From Eubacteriales bacterium (GTDB lineage: Bacteria; Bacillota; Clostridia; Oscillospirales; CAG-272), in assembly GCA_045535915.1 (NCBI GenBank), contig JAZSMP010000347.1, positions 24,368-88,367 of the forward strand: a DNA stretch of 64,000 bases, read 5' to 3'. The notes beneath the pieces were generated by a model that worked only from the letters and a program-made list of their open reading frames with translations, did not search any database and had not been told where the DNA came from. The position numbers were made by a program, and so were the translations under genes. Of this stretch, positions 38,101 through 47,702 are shown piece after piece; within the stretch, counting starts at the first letter, position 1, and each line of letters begins with the position of its first letter.

Positions 38101-38359
38101 GCGCCGTCGATGCAAAATTGTAGGATATTCCTCCGTGCACACGAAACATGCTGTTTGCTAATCTGGTGAAATTCAGCACTTCAACGGTTAGTTGCGCAGA
38201 CGGCGGGATCATTTTGACAATATCGCGTTCTGATGCAACAGTAAATTGTTCAGGGACGATCAGCATAGCTTTTCGATTGTTTTGAGCATCTTTGAGAATT
38301 TCGGAATAGATAAACGTAGTTTTTCCCGTGCCCGGATTCCCGTAAATAAAGTGAATCAT
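35126..38359 (-). CDS. addB: ATP-dependent helicase/deoxyribonuclease subunit B
   Basis: N-terminal P-loop GNPGTGKTT, C-terminal RecB-like nuclease (IDRVD...VIDYKTG) and Cys cluster CKYCRYGSIC. Directly upstream of addA. Confidence 0.9.
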   Translation of the reverse strand: MIHFIYGNPGTGKTTFIYSEILKDAQNNRKAMLIVPEQFTVASERDIVKMIPPSAQLTVEVLNFTRLANSMFRVHGGISYNFASTAHEKLIMWRAIRTALPFLREYKIISSEDYTLTDAMLATYKELSATGISMEQIEHAADICSNHILSSKIKDITAICSIYNSLLSEKFTDTNCELARLSSLLKSRSCLEGVNIYIDGFTNFTGLEHNIILEMMRQADNLYISLGIPSPSYNGIDTISIKECSDRLRRDCASIGRKAATIQLHTNYRAKSVILDILSSELWVMDRSDKSATDVSCYDPIELFKAADIYDECEFAAAKAKELIENGYRYNEIAIIARNIDKYRGIIEPALDNMTLKYFISEKVDLSISPIAKFILSAIKVITHGWRRNDVIAHLKTGLCGISTHDADIFECYTAKWNISGKAFLNDQPWNMNPDGYTTTRTERGAVILETANKVREQLIGGLKVYTSKLKGAQSYREMCIATMDYLEDLEVRRTMQVLASEYLSKGNLRDASDCARMFEIALDSLDCVCESLSEEEKPDINIFATALRVAFSESNLGSIPTSQDEIILGSADLLRTDNIKCTIILGACDGEFPAAADDSGLFSSNDREILINHGIPLSGNRETSASDELYYFRRAVASPSEKLIIFTRSDSEPSIAFTRLLSIFPNCIIQDTASLLLHRLKSVKAVSEYAPLLAHTEEGHALKKLLSEFDNSYSNKELIPISAENDSLDNNIIQKITGPELSLTQSKAEAFVNCRFAFSCKYQLRLDDGKKAEFSFSNMGTFIHHVLEKFLYRVYIVNGGNVPDQTEMEAIINEIIDNYISDLVPDDKSKNARLLHLIGRLKSSSVIIINDLLNELSDSSFSPEFFEMRIGTKEIPSVKITLENGTNISINGIIDRVDVYRANGKAYIRVIDYKTGNKTFSISDIQEGLNLQMLLYIFSLTKGNISELRRIFDGDPVAAGITYLSLDTGKRKVSSLNDNAHQSDIKRTGLILNDDEVISAVSRSGNDKYLMRSPRKNSFIDQQSFSLIYDQVCNILREIGEEILSGNINAKPKTGEDPCKYCRYGSICRTSQNNNG

Positions 38360-39168
38360 TTTTTATCACCTTTTATAATTCTTATATTTCTGAGAATGGT
38401 TTCTTTCCCGCGCCAACTATAAGCACGATTCTTAAAATCCGAATCGTCTGCAATGGTTTCTTTATTGGGATTTGAGCATATGTTGTTGTTAAACCAATCT
38501 GACTTGGTATAAATAGTGCCGTTGTTTATTGCGGCTTGTGTATGAGGGCATACCATTTGGCAGATATCACATCCCCAGACACATCGGTATTCTGAAATTA
38601 ATTTAATCTCTTCATCATTCAATTCACCTTTCTTCTGTGTAACAGCCGATAAACACGAACCTTTGCCTTTCAACGCCGTCGGACAAGCTTCTATACATTT
38701 ATTACATTTGCTACAACGCAAGACCTCTTTAGGTGTGATGGTACATTCAAGATCAGTTAAGATCTCAAACAAAAAAACTAACGATGAATACTTTTTTGTA
38801 ATCAGCAGACTGTGTTCCCCTATAACTCCCAAGCCCGCTTTTGCGGCAGCAGTTTTTTCATTAATTGGAGAATGGTCTCCAAAATACTTAAATGATGCGT
38901 TTGGAAAAGCTTTCTTAGCCTTTTCGATAGCCGATTCGGCGATTTTTTGGAGATGAATGTGATAATCAAATGCCAAAGCATATGCTGAAACCGTCCGGTG
39001 CATATCGCAGTATTCTGTATAGTAAGGAACAGTGGCGATTATTACACTTTGAGGTATGAAGTCAAGTCTTTCTGCCAGTTTAGGGTTGATAATGTCACAG
39101 TCACAGTATTTAATACAAGCGGCATCTTCGGCACCGCATTGTTTCAGAATATCAATTAGCTTGTTCAT
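38356..39168 (-). CDS. epoxyqueuosine reductase QueG-like 4Fe-4S protein (short form)
   Basis: FDYH and GLGVIGEHSLLIT, plus two ferredoxin motifs CSKCNKCIEACP and CDICQMVCP. GAGG lies 5 nt before ATG 39168; the ORF track extends to 39234. 4-nt overlap with addB. Confidence 0.7.
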   Translation of the reverse strand: MNKLIDILKQCGAEDAACIKYCDCDIINPKLAERLDFIPQSVIIATVPYYTEYCDMHRTVSAYALAFDYHIHLQKIAESAIEKAKKAFPNASFKYFGDHSPINEKTAAAKAGLGVIGEHSLLITKKYSSLVFLFEILTDLECTITPKEVLRCSKCNKCIEACPTALKGKGSCLSAVTQKKGELNDEEIKLISEYRCVWGCDICQMVCPHTQAAINNGTIYTKSDWFNNNICSNPNKETIADDSDFKNRAYSWRGKETILRNIRIIKGDKK

Positions 39169-39347
39169 GTTTGCCTCGCGAGATTTTATTATATAAAGTA
39201 TAACATATTTTATTAAATAATTCAATATAAACATTATATTTTGTTGGGTAAATTAATGCTATCATTCAAGCTATTTTTATTCCATCATCATATAATCTTC
39301 ACAAATTGTTGCTATAATAAAATAAATAATACCAGGAGGAATGCAAT

Positions 39348-40748
39348 ATGACGTATTTTGATATGAAAAATGAAGATAACGATAAAAAACAGCTTAATGA
39401 AGTAAGCGAAAACGAATTACAAATAAATAAAGCAGAGAATGAATCTGTCTATGGAGTTGTTTATACTCCTGCAATTGACAGCAATGAGTACACTTGTAGA
39501 AATTACAATAACGGAAACACAGAAGCAGAGAATAACATTTATCAGCCCCAAAAATCTCAAAAATCTATAAAGAGAAGACGATTGGGTAAAATTGCTTTGG
39601 TTTTGTGCGCGATTACGGTATTTACTGTTCTAACATCTGCAATTTCGGCGTTTTCAGCTGCTATGCTTACCAAAATGCATTATGATGATATAATTGAAAA
39701 TAACAACCTTGTATCAACCGATCAAGAAAATAAAGTACATGAGGATCATTATGTATTTATAGACAACACTGCTCCGAGCTATACTACTCAGACCCCGGAG
39801 CCGGGAACGCTTTTGACTATGGAGCAAGCGATCGAAAAGGTTAAAGATTCCGTTGTGGAAATTACTACCGAAAGAGTTCAAAGCGGATTTGGATCCTTTT
39901 CTCAATATGTCGTCAGCGGTGCGGGTAGCGGTGTTATTATTTCAACGGGCGGTTATATTATTACCAACAATCATGTAATTGAAGGTGCAAGCAATATAAT
40001 CGTCAGATTAACAAATGGCAAGGAATACAATGCCAAACTTATTGCCACAGACAGCAAAACCGATGTCGCGGTCATTTCAATTTCTCCTGAAGAAGGGGAG
40101 ACGCTTACTGCTGCCGTTATCGGCAGTAGCGAAAATCTTCTTTTGGGACAAACGGTTATAGCTATAGGCAATCCTCTCGGTAAGCTCGGAGGAACCGTAT
40201 CGGACGGTATTATTAGCTGTCTCGCACGTGAGATTGCAATTGAAGGAAGCGGTACAATGTCTTTGCTGCAAACCAATGCCGCGGTAAGTCCCGGTAACTC
40301 AGGAGGCGGCTTATTCGATCTCTATGGACGTTTGATCGGTGTTGTTAACGCAAAGTCAACCGGTCAGGGTGTTGAAGGTATCAGCTTTGCAATTCCGATC
40401 GATACAGCATGGGACGTAGCCAACCAGCTTATTGATAAAGGATATGTTTCCGGCAGACCTTCCCTTGGAGTCACTATCAAGCAAGTTCAATACGGCTATT
40501 CGATTTTCGGAGAATACTATTATCAGCTTGTCGTTGCGGATGCCGGTAACAATTCTGAACTTAAGATTAATGACATTATTTACAGTATAGACAATATTGA
40601 AGTAACGGCATTAACCGATGTTTTGGATATTCTCTCATCGAGGAAGATTGGAGATAAAGTTACAATAACTGTGCGTAGGGACAAGAAATTCCTCGATGTT
40701 GAAGTGACTCTGATCGAATATTCTCCAACAGAATCAAAAGATACTTGA
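39348..40748 (+). CDS. HtrA/DegP-family serine protease with PDZ domain
   Basis: Cytoplasmic N-tail, one TM helix, catalytic contexts TNNHVIEGA / DVAVISI / GNSGGGLF, and a C-terminal PDZ. AGGAGG RBS. Confidence 0.85.
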   Translation: MTYFDMKNEDNDKKQLNEVSENELQINKAENESVYGVVYTPAIDSNEYTCRNYNNGNTEAENNIYQPQKSQKSIKRRRLGKIALVLCAITVFTVLTSAISAFSAAMLTKMHYDDIIENNNLVSTDQENKVHEDHYVFIDNTAPSYTTQTPEPGTLLTMEQAIEKVKDSVVEITTERVQSGFGSFSQYVVSGAGSGVIISTGGYIITNNHVIEGASNIIVRLTNGKEYNAKLIATDSKTDVAVISISPEEGETLTAAVIGSSENLLLGQTVIAIGNPLGKLGGTVSDGIISCLAREIAIEGSGTMSLLQTNAAVSPGNSGGGLFDLYGRLIGVVNAKSTGQGVEGISFAIPIDTAWDVANQLIDKGYVSGRPSLGVTIKQVQYGYSIFGEYYYQLVVADAGNNSELKINDIIYSIDNIEVTALTDVLDILSSRKIGDKVTITVRRDKKFLDVEVTLIEYSPTESKDT

Positions 40749-40777
40749 GACTAATGAATTATATGGAGGATGCAGAT

Positions 40778-41482
40778 TTGTACAAGATCCTTGTTGTCGA
40801 TGATGAACTTGGAATCAGATCCATTGTAAGAAAGTATGCTGAGTTTGAAGGCCATACTGTATTTGAGGCCGCCGATGGTATGGAAGCGGTATTAACTTGC
40901 CGTAATACACCAATTGATATTATTATAATGGACATAATGATGCCCGAACTTGACGGATTTTCTGCTGTCAGAGAGATTAGAAAGAGTAGTTCTGTTCCGA
41001 TTATTATGCTTTCGGCACGCGGGGAAGAGTATGACAAGATCAACGGATTTAATCTCGGTATAGATGATTACGTAGTTAAGCCGTTTTCGCCGCGAGAATT
41101 AATGTTGCGGATTGAGGCAGTCATGAAGCGCGTTAACTCTTCCGCGATTCGCAGACTTGATGATAGCACACACGATGTTATTGAGATTGATAATGGTGCC
41201 TTGAGGGTCGATATTACTGCACGAATTGTGTATATAGATGATAAACAAGTTGTTCTGTCACCTAAGGAATATGAACTTCTGTTTTATATGCTTCTGAACA
41301 GAAACATCGCTCTGTCGAGAGAAAAACTCATTTGCGAGGTTTGGGGATATGATTTTTACGGCGACGCCAGAACGCTTGATACTCATATCAAACTTTTGCG
41401 GAAATCTCTCGGAAGATATTCTGATCTGATCGTTACTTTACGCGGTATTGGCTATAGATTTGATGCCAAGATTGATAAATAA
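40778..41482 (+). CDS. OmpR-family response regulator
   Basis: REC domain (KILVVDDE, MDIMMPELDG, KPF) and winged helix (SPKEYELLFYML, TLRGIGYRF). TTG 40778 lies 7 nt after GGAGGA. The upstream candidates 40745, 40754 and 40763 lack an RBS, so the start is uncertain. Confidence 0.85.
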   Translation: MYKILVVDDELGIRSIVRKYAEFEGHTVFEAADGMEAVLTCRNTPIDIIIMDIMMPELDGFSAVREIRKSSSVPIIMLSARGEEYDKINGFNLGIDDYVVKPFSPRELMLRIEAVMKRVNSSAIRRLDDSTHDVIEIDNGALRVDITARIVYIDDKQVVLSPKEYELLFYMLLNRNIALSREKLICEVWGYDFYGDARTLDTHIKLLRKSLGRYSDLIVTLRGIGYRFDAKIDK

Positions 41483-41503
41483 TAATCTGATTTTGAGGAT
41501 GAC

Positions 41504-43000
41504 ATGAGATCGAATAGTATGAACTCAAAAGCAAAATTTAATAAGCGGTTAGGATTCGGCATCAGAAGCCGTCTTGTTTTGGGATTTACTTTGTTCGTAA
41601 TTATTGTACTTATTATTGTTTGGATTTTTCAAGTTCTGTTGCTTGATTTCTTTTATGAAAGGACCAAGCTCTCCGAATTGCGTGCTGTACAAAACGGAAT
41701 TGATAGAGGAATTGACAAAGGCGACCTGGATGATGTATGCACCGAATTGGCGTCTAAATACAATGTTTGTATCGTCGTATATGATGTTGAGAATAGCGCA
41801 TTGAATGAAGTTGTTATTTCAAAAGAAGTATCGCCGGCATGCATTATTCATTATGCTGATAAATCGTATCTTGAAACTCTTTACGGTCAGGCACTTGACG
41901 CAGGCGGTATCTTTACTCAACCGTTTAATCTGGAACCCAGAGATATTGATAAAAATATTAGTGATAACAATATTCATTATGATAAGGAATTCGTCGTTGC
42001 TGTATCTGTAAAAGCATTTGAAGATAACGTCGGTAATACATATGCAGCTTTTATCAATTTGCAATTTACACCGGTTAATACCATTCAAAACACAAGAAAC
42101 ACGCAGTTCGCATATATCGCTGCTGTTGTAGTTGTAGCCGCAGTGATTTTTGCGTTGATCTTTTCTTCGAGAATTGCGCTTCCGCTTGAGAAAATGACTG
42201 TATCAGCATCAAAAATGGCTTCGGGAGATTATTCAACTGAATTTGCCGTTGAGGGGTACAGAGAAACAAAACGTCTTGCAAGTACGTTGAATTACGCAAT
42301 TGTCGAAATATCTAAAACAGATAAGCTTCAACGTGAGCTGATTGCAAACGTATCGCACGATTTGCGTACACCACTTACCCTTATTTCGGGATATGCCGAA
42401 ATGATGCGTGATATTCCCGGGGAGAACAATCCTGAAAATTCACAATTAATTGTGGATGAAACAAAAAGGCTTACTGCACTTGTAAACGATATACTTGATT
42501 TTTCAAAATATTCATCCGGCATTGAAGAACCTGTTTTGAGAATATTTGATTTAACGGATTCCGTCCGTAAAGCAATCGGTAGATATGGCGAACTGATTAA
42601 GCTTCACGGTTACAATATCGAATTTTCTGCCGAAAACAGTGTTTATGTTTTTGCCGATGAGAGAATGATTTTGCAGGTTTTGTATAATTTGATAAATAAC
42701 GCTATAAATTATACAGGGCAGGATAAAACTGTACGAATTTATCAGAATATTCTATCGGATGGTACAGTTAAAATTTCAATTTCAGATTCGGGTCCCGGGA
42801 TTCCCAAGGAAGACCTTGAGCAGATTTGGGACAGGTATTATAAAGTAGATAACTCTCATTCGCGCGCGGTAGCCGGAAGCGGCTTGGGGCTGTCCATTGT
42901 CAGCAAATTGCTTCAGATTCATTCCGCTGCATACGGCGTTGAAACGTCAATTACTCGAGGTACTACGTTTTGGTTTACACTTAAAGTTGCTGATAAATGA
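41504..43000 (+). CDS. sensor histidine kinase
   Basis: Two TM segments. H-box VSHDLRTPLT, N-box NLINNAINYT, and G-boxes DSGPGIP and GSGLGLSIV. Confidence 0.85.
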   Translation: MRSNSMNSKAKFNKRLGFGIRSRLVLGFTLFVIIVLIIVWIFQVLLLDFFYERTKLSELRAVQNGIDRGIDKGDLDDVCTELASKYNVCIVVYDVENSALNEVVISKEVSPACIIHYADKSYLETLYGQALDAGGIFTQPFNLEPRDIDKNISDNNIHYDKEFVVAVSVKAFEDNVGNTYAAFINLQFTPVNTIQNTRNTQFAYIAAVVVVAAVIFALIFSSRIALPLEKMTVSASKMASGDYSTEFAVEGYRETKRLASTLNYAIVEISKTDKLQRELIANVSHDLRTPLTLISGYAEMMRDIPGENNPENSQLIVDETKRLTALVNDILDFSKYSSGIEEPVLRIFDLTDSVRKAIGRYGELIKLHGYNIEFSAENSVYVFADERMILQVLYNLINNAINYTGQDKTVRIYQNILSDGTVKISISDSGPGIPKEDLEQIWDRYYKVDNSHSRAVAGSGLGLSIVSKLLQIHSAAYGVETSITRGTTFWFTLKVADK

Positions 43001-43005
43001 ATATG

Positions 43006-43046
43006 ATTCTCGCTATGTCGCTTCAAGGCGATTTAGCGAGAATTTT
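43006..43046 (+). terminator. terminator after the histidine kinase
   Basis: ATTCTCGCTA..TCGC-ttcaag-GCGA..TAGCGAGAAT followed by TTTTA. Confidence 0.7.
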
Positions 43047-43089
43047 ATGTACTAAGTGTATAAATTTCTTAAAATATGTTTAGAATGGC

Positions 43090-43118
43090 TTGTATTTTTG
43101 GTCATAATGTAATATAAT
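43090..43118 (+). promoter_or_regulatory. promoter of srtB
   Basis: TTGTAT (43090-43095), a 17-nt spacer, then TATAAT (43113-43118). Confidence 0.5.
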
Positions 43119-43153
43119 ATAGCCATATGTATACTTTAAAAGGAGGTTTCACC

Positions 43154-44167
43154 ATGTCAGAATTATATAATATTCGCAACTCATCCGCAACACCCACCGA
43201 GAACACTATTTTTATTGACTCGCTTGATTCGCTGACAGTAGATGATATTGTTCCTCCTAACAGAAAGAAAAATAAGAAGAAAAACGTTTCTTTTTCGAAG
43301 TTTTCCAGACTTCTTATTGTCTTTCTTTGTTTTGCGGTATTCGTTTATTGTATGTCTGAATTAACTACAATAATGAATGATTATCAGCGCGGTGATGATC
43401 TTTATAATGAGATAGAAAAAGGATATTTCAGCGCGATCGTTGACGTCATTCCGGGAAATGTAATTCAAATGAATATTTCCGGTCTGGATGTGCCGATGGC
43501 GAGTTATTCGGATACAAAACTGAACGGTATTACTATTTATCTTCCCCCGGATAACAGTATAAATAGAGTGACTTCAAGTGCTAAGTTTATGAAATTACTC
43601 ACTTACATCGAGAGTCTTCGTGACACTAATAAAGACACATACGGATATATTAATATTCCTAATTCTGAAATCAGTTATCCTATGGTACAGTGCGAAGATA
43701 ATGAATATTATCTTACTCACGCGTTTGATGGCAGCCCCTTGGCGGTCGGATCGATTTTTATTGACTGCAGAAACGAGAAAAAGGTAGAGAAGAACAGAAA
43801 TATTGTTATTTACGGCCACAATATGTTGAACGGTTCGATGTTTTGTGATGCGACTAAATTTCTTGATAAGGACTTTTTTATGAATACCGCGAACGATATT
43901 GAGATAACTACCTTTGACGGTCTTTATACCTTCCGCGTTTTTTCTGCTTATGCAACCGATAAATACGATAATTATTTCAAAACTTATTTTCCGACCAAGG
44001 ATGAGTTCGTTCAGTTTTGTATCGATCGTGAAGCTAAATCGCTCTATCACAGAGAAGGTATGACGTTTTCTCCCGATGATGTTATAATCACTCTTTCAAC
44101 CTGCATACTCGGAAATGATGACGGCAGATATGCTGTTCACGCAAAATTAATTAAGGTAGAAACTTAA
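43154..44167 (+). CDS. srtB: class B sortase
   Basis: TM anchor, IYGHNM (catalytic His) and TLSTC (catalytic Cys). AAAGGAGG lies 7 nt before ATG 43154; the ORF track starts at 43127. Confidence 0.85.
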   Translation: MSELYNIRNSSATPTENTIFIDSLDSLTVDDIVPPNRKKNKKKNVSFSKFSRLLIVFLCFAVFVYCMSELTTIMNDYQRGDDLYNEIEKGYFSAIVDVIPGNVIQMNISGLDVPMASYSDTKLNGITIYLPPDNSINRVTSSAKFMKLLTYIESLRDTNKDTYGYINIPNSEISYPMVQCEDNEYYLTHAFDGSPLAVGSIFIDCRNEKKVEKNRNIVIYGHNMLNGSMFCDATKFLDKDFFMNTANDIEITTFDGLYTFRVFSAYATDKYDNYFKTYFPTKDEFVQFCIDREAKSLYHREGMTFSPDDVIITLSTCILGNDDGRYAVHAKLIKVET

Positions 44168-44171
44168 CTTT

Positions 44172-45005
44172 ATGTTACTTAGCGATGTTTTAGTTTGCCC
44201 GATTTGCTTACAGGCTCTCGAATTCAACGGAAAGAGTCTTATTTGTGTCGGTAATAACAATGGCAAGCATCATTGTTTTGATCTGTCTGCTTCCAGATAC
44301 TGTGATCTTTCATACAGAAACGGCGGTGGAGGCGATCCTAAAGATGCTGTTACTGATAGAACTGCGTTTTTGGATAAAGGATACTATTCCGATCTTGCAA
44401 GCATGATAAATTCACTGTGCGACAAATATCTTGGCAATCGTTTTTTATTGATTGATGCAGGATGCGGGGAAGGGTACTATTCGGAAAACATTGCGGCAAA
44501 TTTCTCGGAGTGCAAAGTCATTGGAGCGGATTTGTCAAAACATGCAGTTCACAGAGCAAGCGTACGCAGAAACTTAAGATCAGGTAACAACAGTTTTTAT
44601 GCTGTTGCATCTATATTCAATATCCCGATAAGAGATGCTGCTGCTGATTGTATTTTGTCCATGTTTGCACCTGTCGCTGAGGAAGAATTCCTGCGCTTAT
44701 TGAAGCCCGGCGCCTTCCTTATCGTTGGGGCGGCTGCTCCCAGACACTTGTACGGTTTGAAAGAAGCTATATATGATTCAGTAAATCTGAATGATGTGCG
44801 TGCCGATCTCCCTCAAAGACTGACTTTTGTTGAAAAGGTTAATGTGAATTATACAATTTCTATTGACAATGCTGAGGATATTCGGCGACTTTTCGGTATG
44901 ACTCCTTACAGATTCAGAACATCGGAAAAATCGCAGGAATTGCTTAATGCTCTTACTTCACTTGCTGTTGAAGTTGATGTGGATTTTTATGTATATCAAA
45001 AGTAA
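44172..45005 (+). CDS. RlmA/RrmA-like rRNA (guanine-N1)-methyltransferase
   Basis: N-terminal Zn-ribbon CPICLQAL...C, followed by the class I SAM motif LIDAGCGEGYY. Confidence 0.7.
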   Translation: MLLSDVLVCPICLQALEFNGKSLICVGNNNGKHHCFDLSASRYCDLSYRNGGGGDPKDAVTDRTAFLDKGYYSDLASMINSLCDKYLGNRFLLIDAGCGEGYYSENIAANFSECKVIGADLSKHAVHRASVRRNLRSGNNSFYAVASIFNIPIRDAAADCILSMFAPVAEEEFLRLLKPGAFLIVGAAAPRHLYGLKEAIYDSVNLNDVRADLPQRLTFVEKVNVNYTISIDNAEDIRRLFGMTPYRFRTSEKSQELLNALTSLAVEVDVDFYVYQK

Positions 45006-45026
45006 ATTTGAAAGGATATCTTTATT

Positions 45027-45758
45027 TTGAAGATTTCTGTTTGTATCCCAATGTATAATGAGGCTGCAATAATTGCCGAAAACGCAAAGCGTCTTTGGGA
45101 GTATATGGAGAATAATTTTGTTAATGAACGCGGCGAAAGAGAATACGAGATTATTTACTCTAATGATGGAAGCACGGACGGTTGCGACCAAATCGTAAGA
45201 GATCTCGCTTTACCCGGTATTGTTGTTGCCGGCTATGATCGTAATCAAGGCAAAGGCTGTGCCGTTAGAACTGCCATGCTATTGGCTCAGGGCGATATTT
45301 GCATGTTTACTGACGCCGATCTTGCATATGGCACCGATGTAATCAAACAGGTTGTTGAAACATTCGATAATAATCCGGATAGCAAATTAGTCATCGGTTC
45401 TCGTAATTTGTCCGGCGACGGTTACAAGAATTATACTTTTATTCGTAAGCTTGCTTCCAAGATTTATATTAAAGTTCTTTGTATTGTAGGCGGATTCAAA
45501 CTGTCTGATTCTCAATGCGGATGTAAAGGATTCAGAAGTGAAGCAGTCAAAGAAATTTTTCCACGACTCGAGGTAAACGGATTTGCATTTGATTTTGAAG
45601 CACTTTTGTGGGCTATAAAACTTAAATATAAAATCACCGAAATGCCGGTTAGTGTGAAGGTTCACGGCGAATCCAAAGTGAGGATTGTGCGAGATACTTT
45701 CAAAATGTTGCGTGACATTTCAAAGATGAAAAAACGCATAAATAAGACTAAAATTTAA
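45027..45758 (+). CDS. family 2 glycosyltransferase (dolichyl-phosphate glucosyltransferase-like, soluble)
   Basis: ISVCIPMYNEA, NDGSTDG and TDADL (DxD). TTG start preceded by AAAGGA. Confidence 0.8.
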   Translation: MKISVCIPMYNEAAIIAENAKRLWEYMENNFVNERGEREYEIIYSNDGSTDGCDQIVRDLALPGIVVAGYDRNQGKGCAVRTAMLLAQGDICMFTDADLAYGTDVIKQVVETFDNNPDSKLVIGSRNLSGDGYKNYTFIRKLASKIYIKVLCIVGGFKLSDSQCGCKGFRSEAVKEIFPRLEVNGFAFDFEALLWAIKLKYKITEMPVSVKVHGESKVRIVRDTFKMLRDISKMKKRINKTKI

Positions 45759-45775
45759 CGGAGTTCTTTAAAACA

Positions 45776-47296
45776 ATGGTTATGAATCGGAAAAGCAAGA
45801 GAAGTATATCTTTACTTCTTTTGATCGTATTGTTATTGCAATCACTGATATTCAGTGTTTCTTCTCAAGAATTAACAACTTCAGATATACATGATGATGT
45901 TGTGGTTTCTGAGATGGTCTGCCGCATAAAAAACGTCGGTTCAGGACTTTATCTTGATTCATATAAATATACACTGAAGACCACGGGAAAATCTTATGCG
46001 GAAAAATACAGTGAAAGCAGTCTTGGTCAGGTGTTCCACCTTTCGCCCTGCGATGACGGTACATATATGATAATTCCGCAGAATAACGATGCTGAATATG
46101 CGTACGTGTATGCTAAGGATTCGACTAAAGATAATAAGATCAAAAAGGTTAAAGTTTCATCCGCCGGAGATCTTTCAAAGTTTGATATAGTAGAATACAA
46201 AGATAACAAATTTGTTATCGCCCCCGCAAATGCTTCCAACAAAAAAGGGGTTCTTGCTCAATCAGACACAATTTCGGAATATAAGGATCCTTATATTGAA
46301 ATTCAGAATTTTAATCCTGAAAATTCAAAGCATCTTTGGATAATCGAGCCAATAAAAACTGAAAAGCTTTCAGTAATTTATACAACAACCAAAGTTCGCC
46401 TTTATTCTTCCGGCAGATTCTATGCCAGAAAGTATCCATATAATGTATTTACGGATGATATCAAATGGTCTTCGGATAATGAGGCGGTGTTGCTGATAGG
46501 TGATAATGGTGAATGGTGTGCACTTGCCGAAGGCAAGGCAGTGATAACCGCTTCGCTCAGTGGTTTATCCGTTTCATTTACTGTTACTGTAGTTGACAAA
46601 GATGCTTATACCTGGTATAGCCAAAACAATATTTACACCAGCGATTGGGATGGTACGCAGCTGAAATATCTCTATTTCAGAGACCCGGGCACAGGAACAA
46701 AGAAGAAATTCGCAATTGATTCAAAAGAAACCGGCGGCAATAACTGTTGGATTGATGAAGGATGCGGAAATTGCTCAGTTGCTATGGTATTTAATAATAT
46801 GGGCGCTGTCAAAACCAAGGGATACGATTTTCGTTCCGGGCAAGAGGGCAATCTTATAGCCGATCCGTATACGGTTGCACTTGCCAATAGCGGTGCATAT
46901 GGCTCGGAGAATACCACTACATCGCTAAGCGGTAATCCAATATACATGCGCTGGTCTTATGTTGCAGAACAGTTTAATGTAGATGGAAAAAAGGTTGTGC
47001 TCAACAAGGTATATTCACCTTCGACGTCTAAGATCAAGACGATTCTTTCAGAACATCCCGAGGGAGTTATCGTTCAGCTATCAACATCGACTAAAAATCA
47101 CTATATAGTATTTTCCGAATGTTTGAATCCTGAAGAGCGCTCTAACTCTAAATTAAAGTTCTTGGTATATGATTCCGCTGCATATTTGCCTGAAAACGGA
47201 GATAATGTTCCGTTTGAAAAATCTACTTCATACATATATGAAGGCTACAGATATAGTAATATAAAATCCGTTATGTTTTTCACATTAGAGGATTAA
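45776..47296 (+). CDS. secreted multidomain protein: ricin-like lectin region + Big_2 domain + C39/papain-like cysteine peptidase-like domain
   Basis: Signal peptide; RIKNVGSGLYLDS...HLWIIEP (ricin-B-like); IKWSSDNEAVLLIGDNGEWCALAEGKAVITAS (Big_2). The C-terminal GCGNCSVAMVFNN...NHYIVFSE...YDSAA gives a Cys/His/Asp pattern. Domain calls made by eye. Confidence 0.6.
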   Translation: MVMNRKSKRSISLLLLIVLLLQSLIFSVSSQELTTSDIHDDVVVSEMVCRIKNVGSGLYLDSYKYTLKTTGKSYAEKYSESSLGQVFHLSPCDDGTYMIIPQNNDAEYAYVYAKDSTKDNKIKKVKVSSAGDLSKFDIVEYKDNKFVIAPANASNKKGVLAQSDTISEYKDPYIEIQNFNPENSKHLWIIEPIKTEKLSVIYTTTKVRLYSSGRFYARKYPYNVFTDDIKWSSDNEAVLLIGDNGEWCALAEGKAVITASLSGLSVSFTVTVVDKDAYTWYSQNNIYTSDWDGTQLKYLYFRDPGTGTKKKFAIDSKETGGNNCWIDEGCGNCSVAMVFNNMGAVKTKGYDFRSGQEGNLIADPYTVALANSGAYGSENTTTSLSGNPIYMRWSYVAEQFNVDGKKVVLNKVYSPSTSKIKTILSEHPEGVIVQLSTSTKNHYIVFSECLNPEERSNSKLKFLVYDSAAYLPENGDNVPFEKSTSYIYEGYRYSNIKSVMFFTLED

Positions 47297-47312
47297 AAGA
47301 GAGGTTAAATTT

Positions 47313-47606
47313 ATGATCGCTACTTTAGTTTATGTAGATGTCAAGCCCGAGTTTGTTGAGGCTTTTAAAGAGATTACTTGTTATAATCATGATAATACAA
47401 GAAAAGAACCCGGAAATATCAGATTTGACGTTCTTCAGTCGAATTCCGATTCCACGCAGTTTGTTTTATATGAAGTTTTTGCAGATGAAAAAGCAGCTGC
47501 CGCACACAAAGAAACCGCTCATTATCTCAAATGGAGAGAGACTGTAGCGGATTATATGGCATCGTCCAGACATGCAACTGCGACCTCCCCGGTAGCTTTT
47601 GATTGA
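47313..47606 (+). CDS. ABM-domain (antibiotic biosynthesis monooxygenase-like) protein
   Basis: 97-aa ferredoxin-like barrel pattern: VKPEFVEAFKE...NIRFDVLQS...FVLYEVFADEKAAAAHKETAHY. GAGAGG RBS. Confidence 0.75.
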   Translation: MIATLVYVDVKPEFVEAFKEITCYNHDNTRKEPGNIRFDVLQSNSDSTQFVLYEVFADEKAAAAHKETAHYLKWRETVADYMASSRHATATSPVAFD

Positions 47607-47652
47607 TTTTTGAAAAAAATATCGAAAATCCAAAAAAACTTTCAAAAATCTA

Positions 47653-47681
47653 TTGACAAACGCGTTCTCTTGTGGTATAAT
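47653..47681 (+). promoter_or_regulatory. promoter of tRNA-Thr
   Basis: TTGACA (47653-47658), a 17-nt spacer, then TATAAT (47676-47681) with an upstream TG. About 20 nt before the tRNA 5' end. Confidence 0.7.
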
Positions 47682-47702
47682 ATTAAACGTGCTGTGAGAG
47701 AC

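Noticed and set aside
38356-39168. QueG-like gene overlapping addB by 4 nt, considered as a functional link between tRNA modification and recombination
   Set aside because: Stop/start overlaps are common throughout this compact genome, and there is no mechanistic rationale. It is treated as incidental operon packing.
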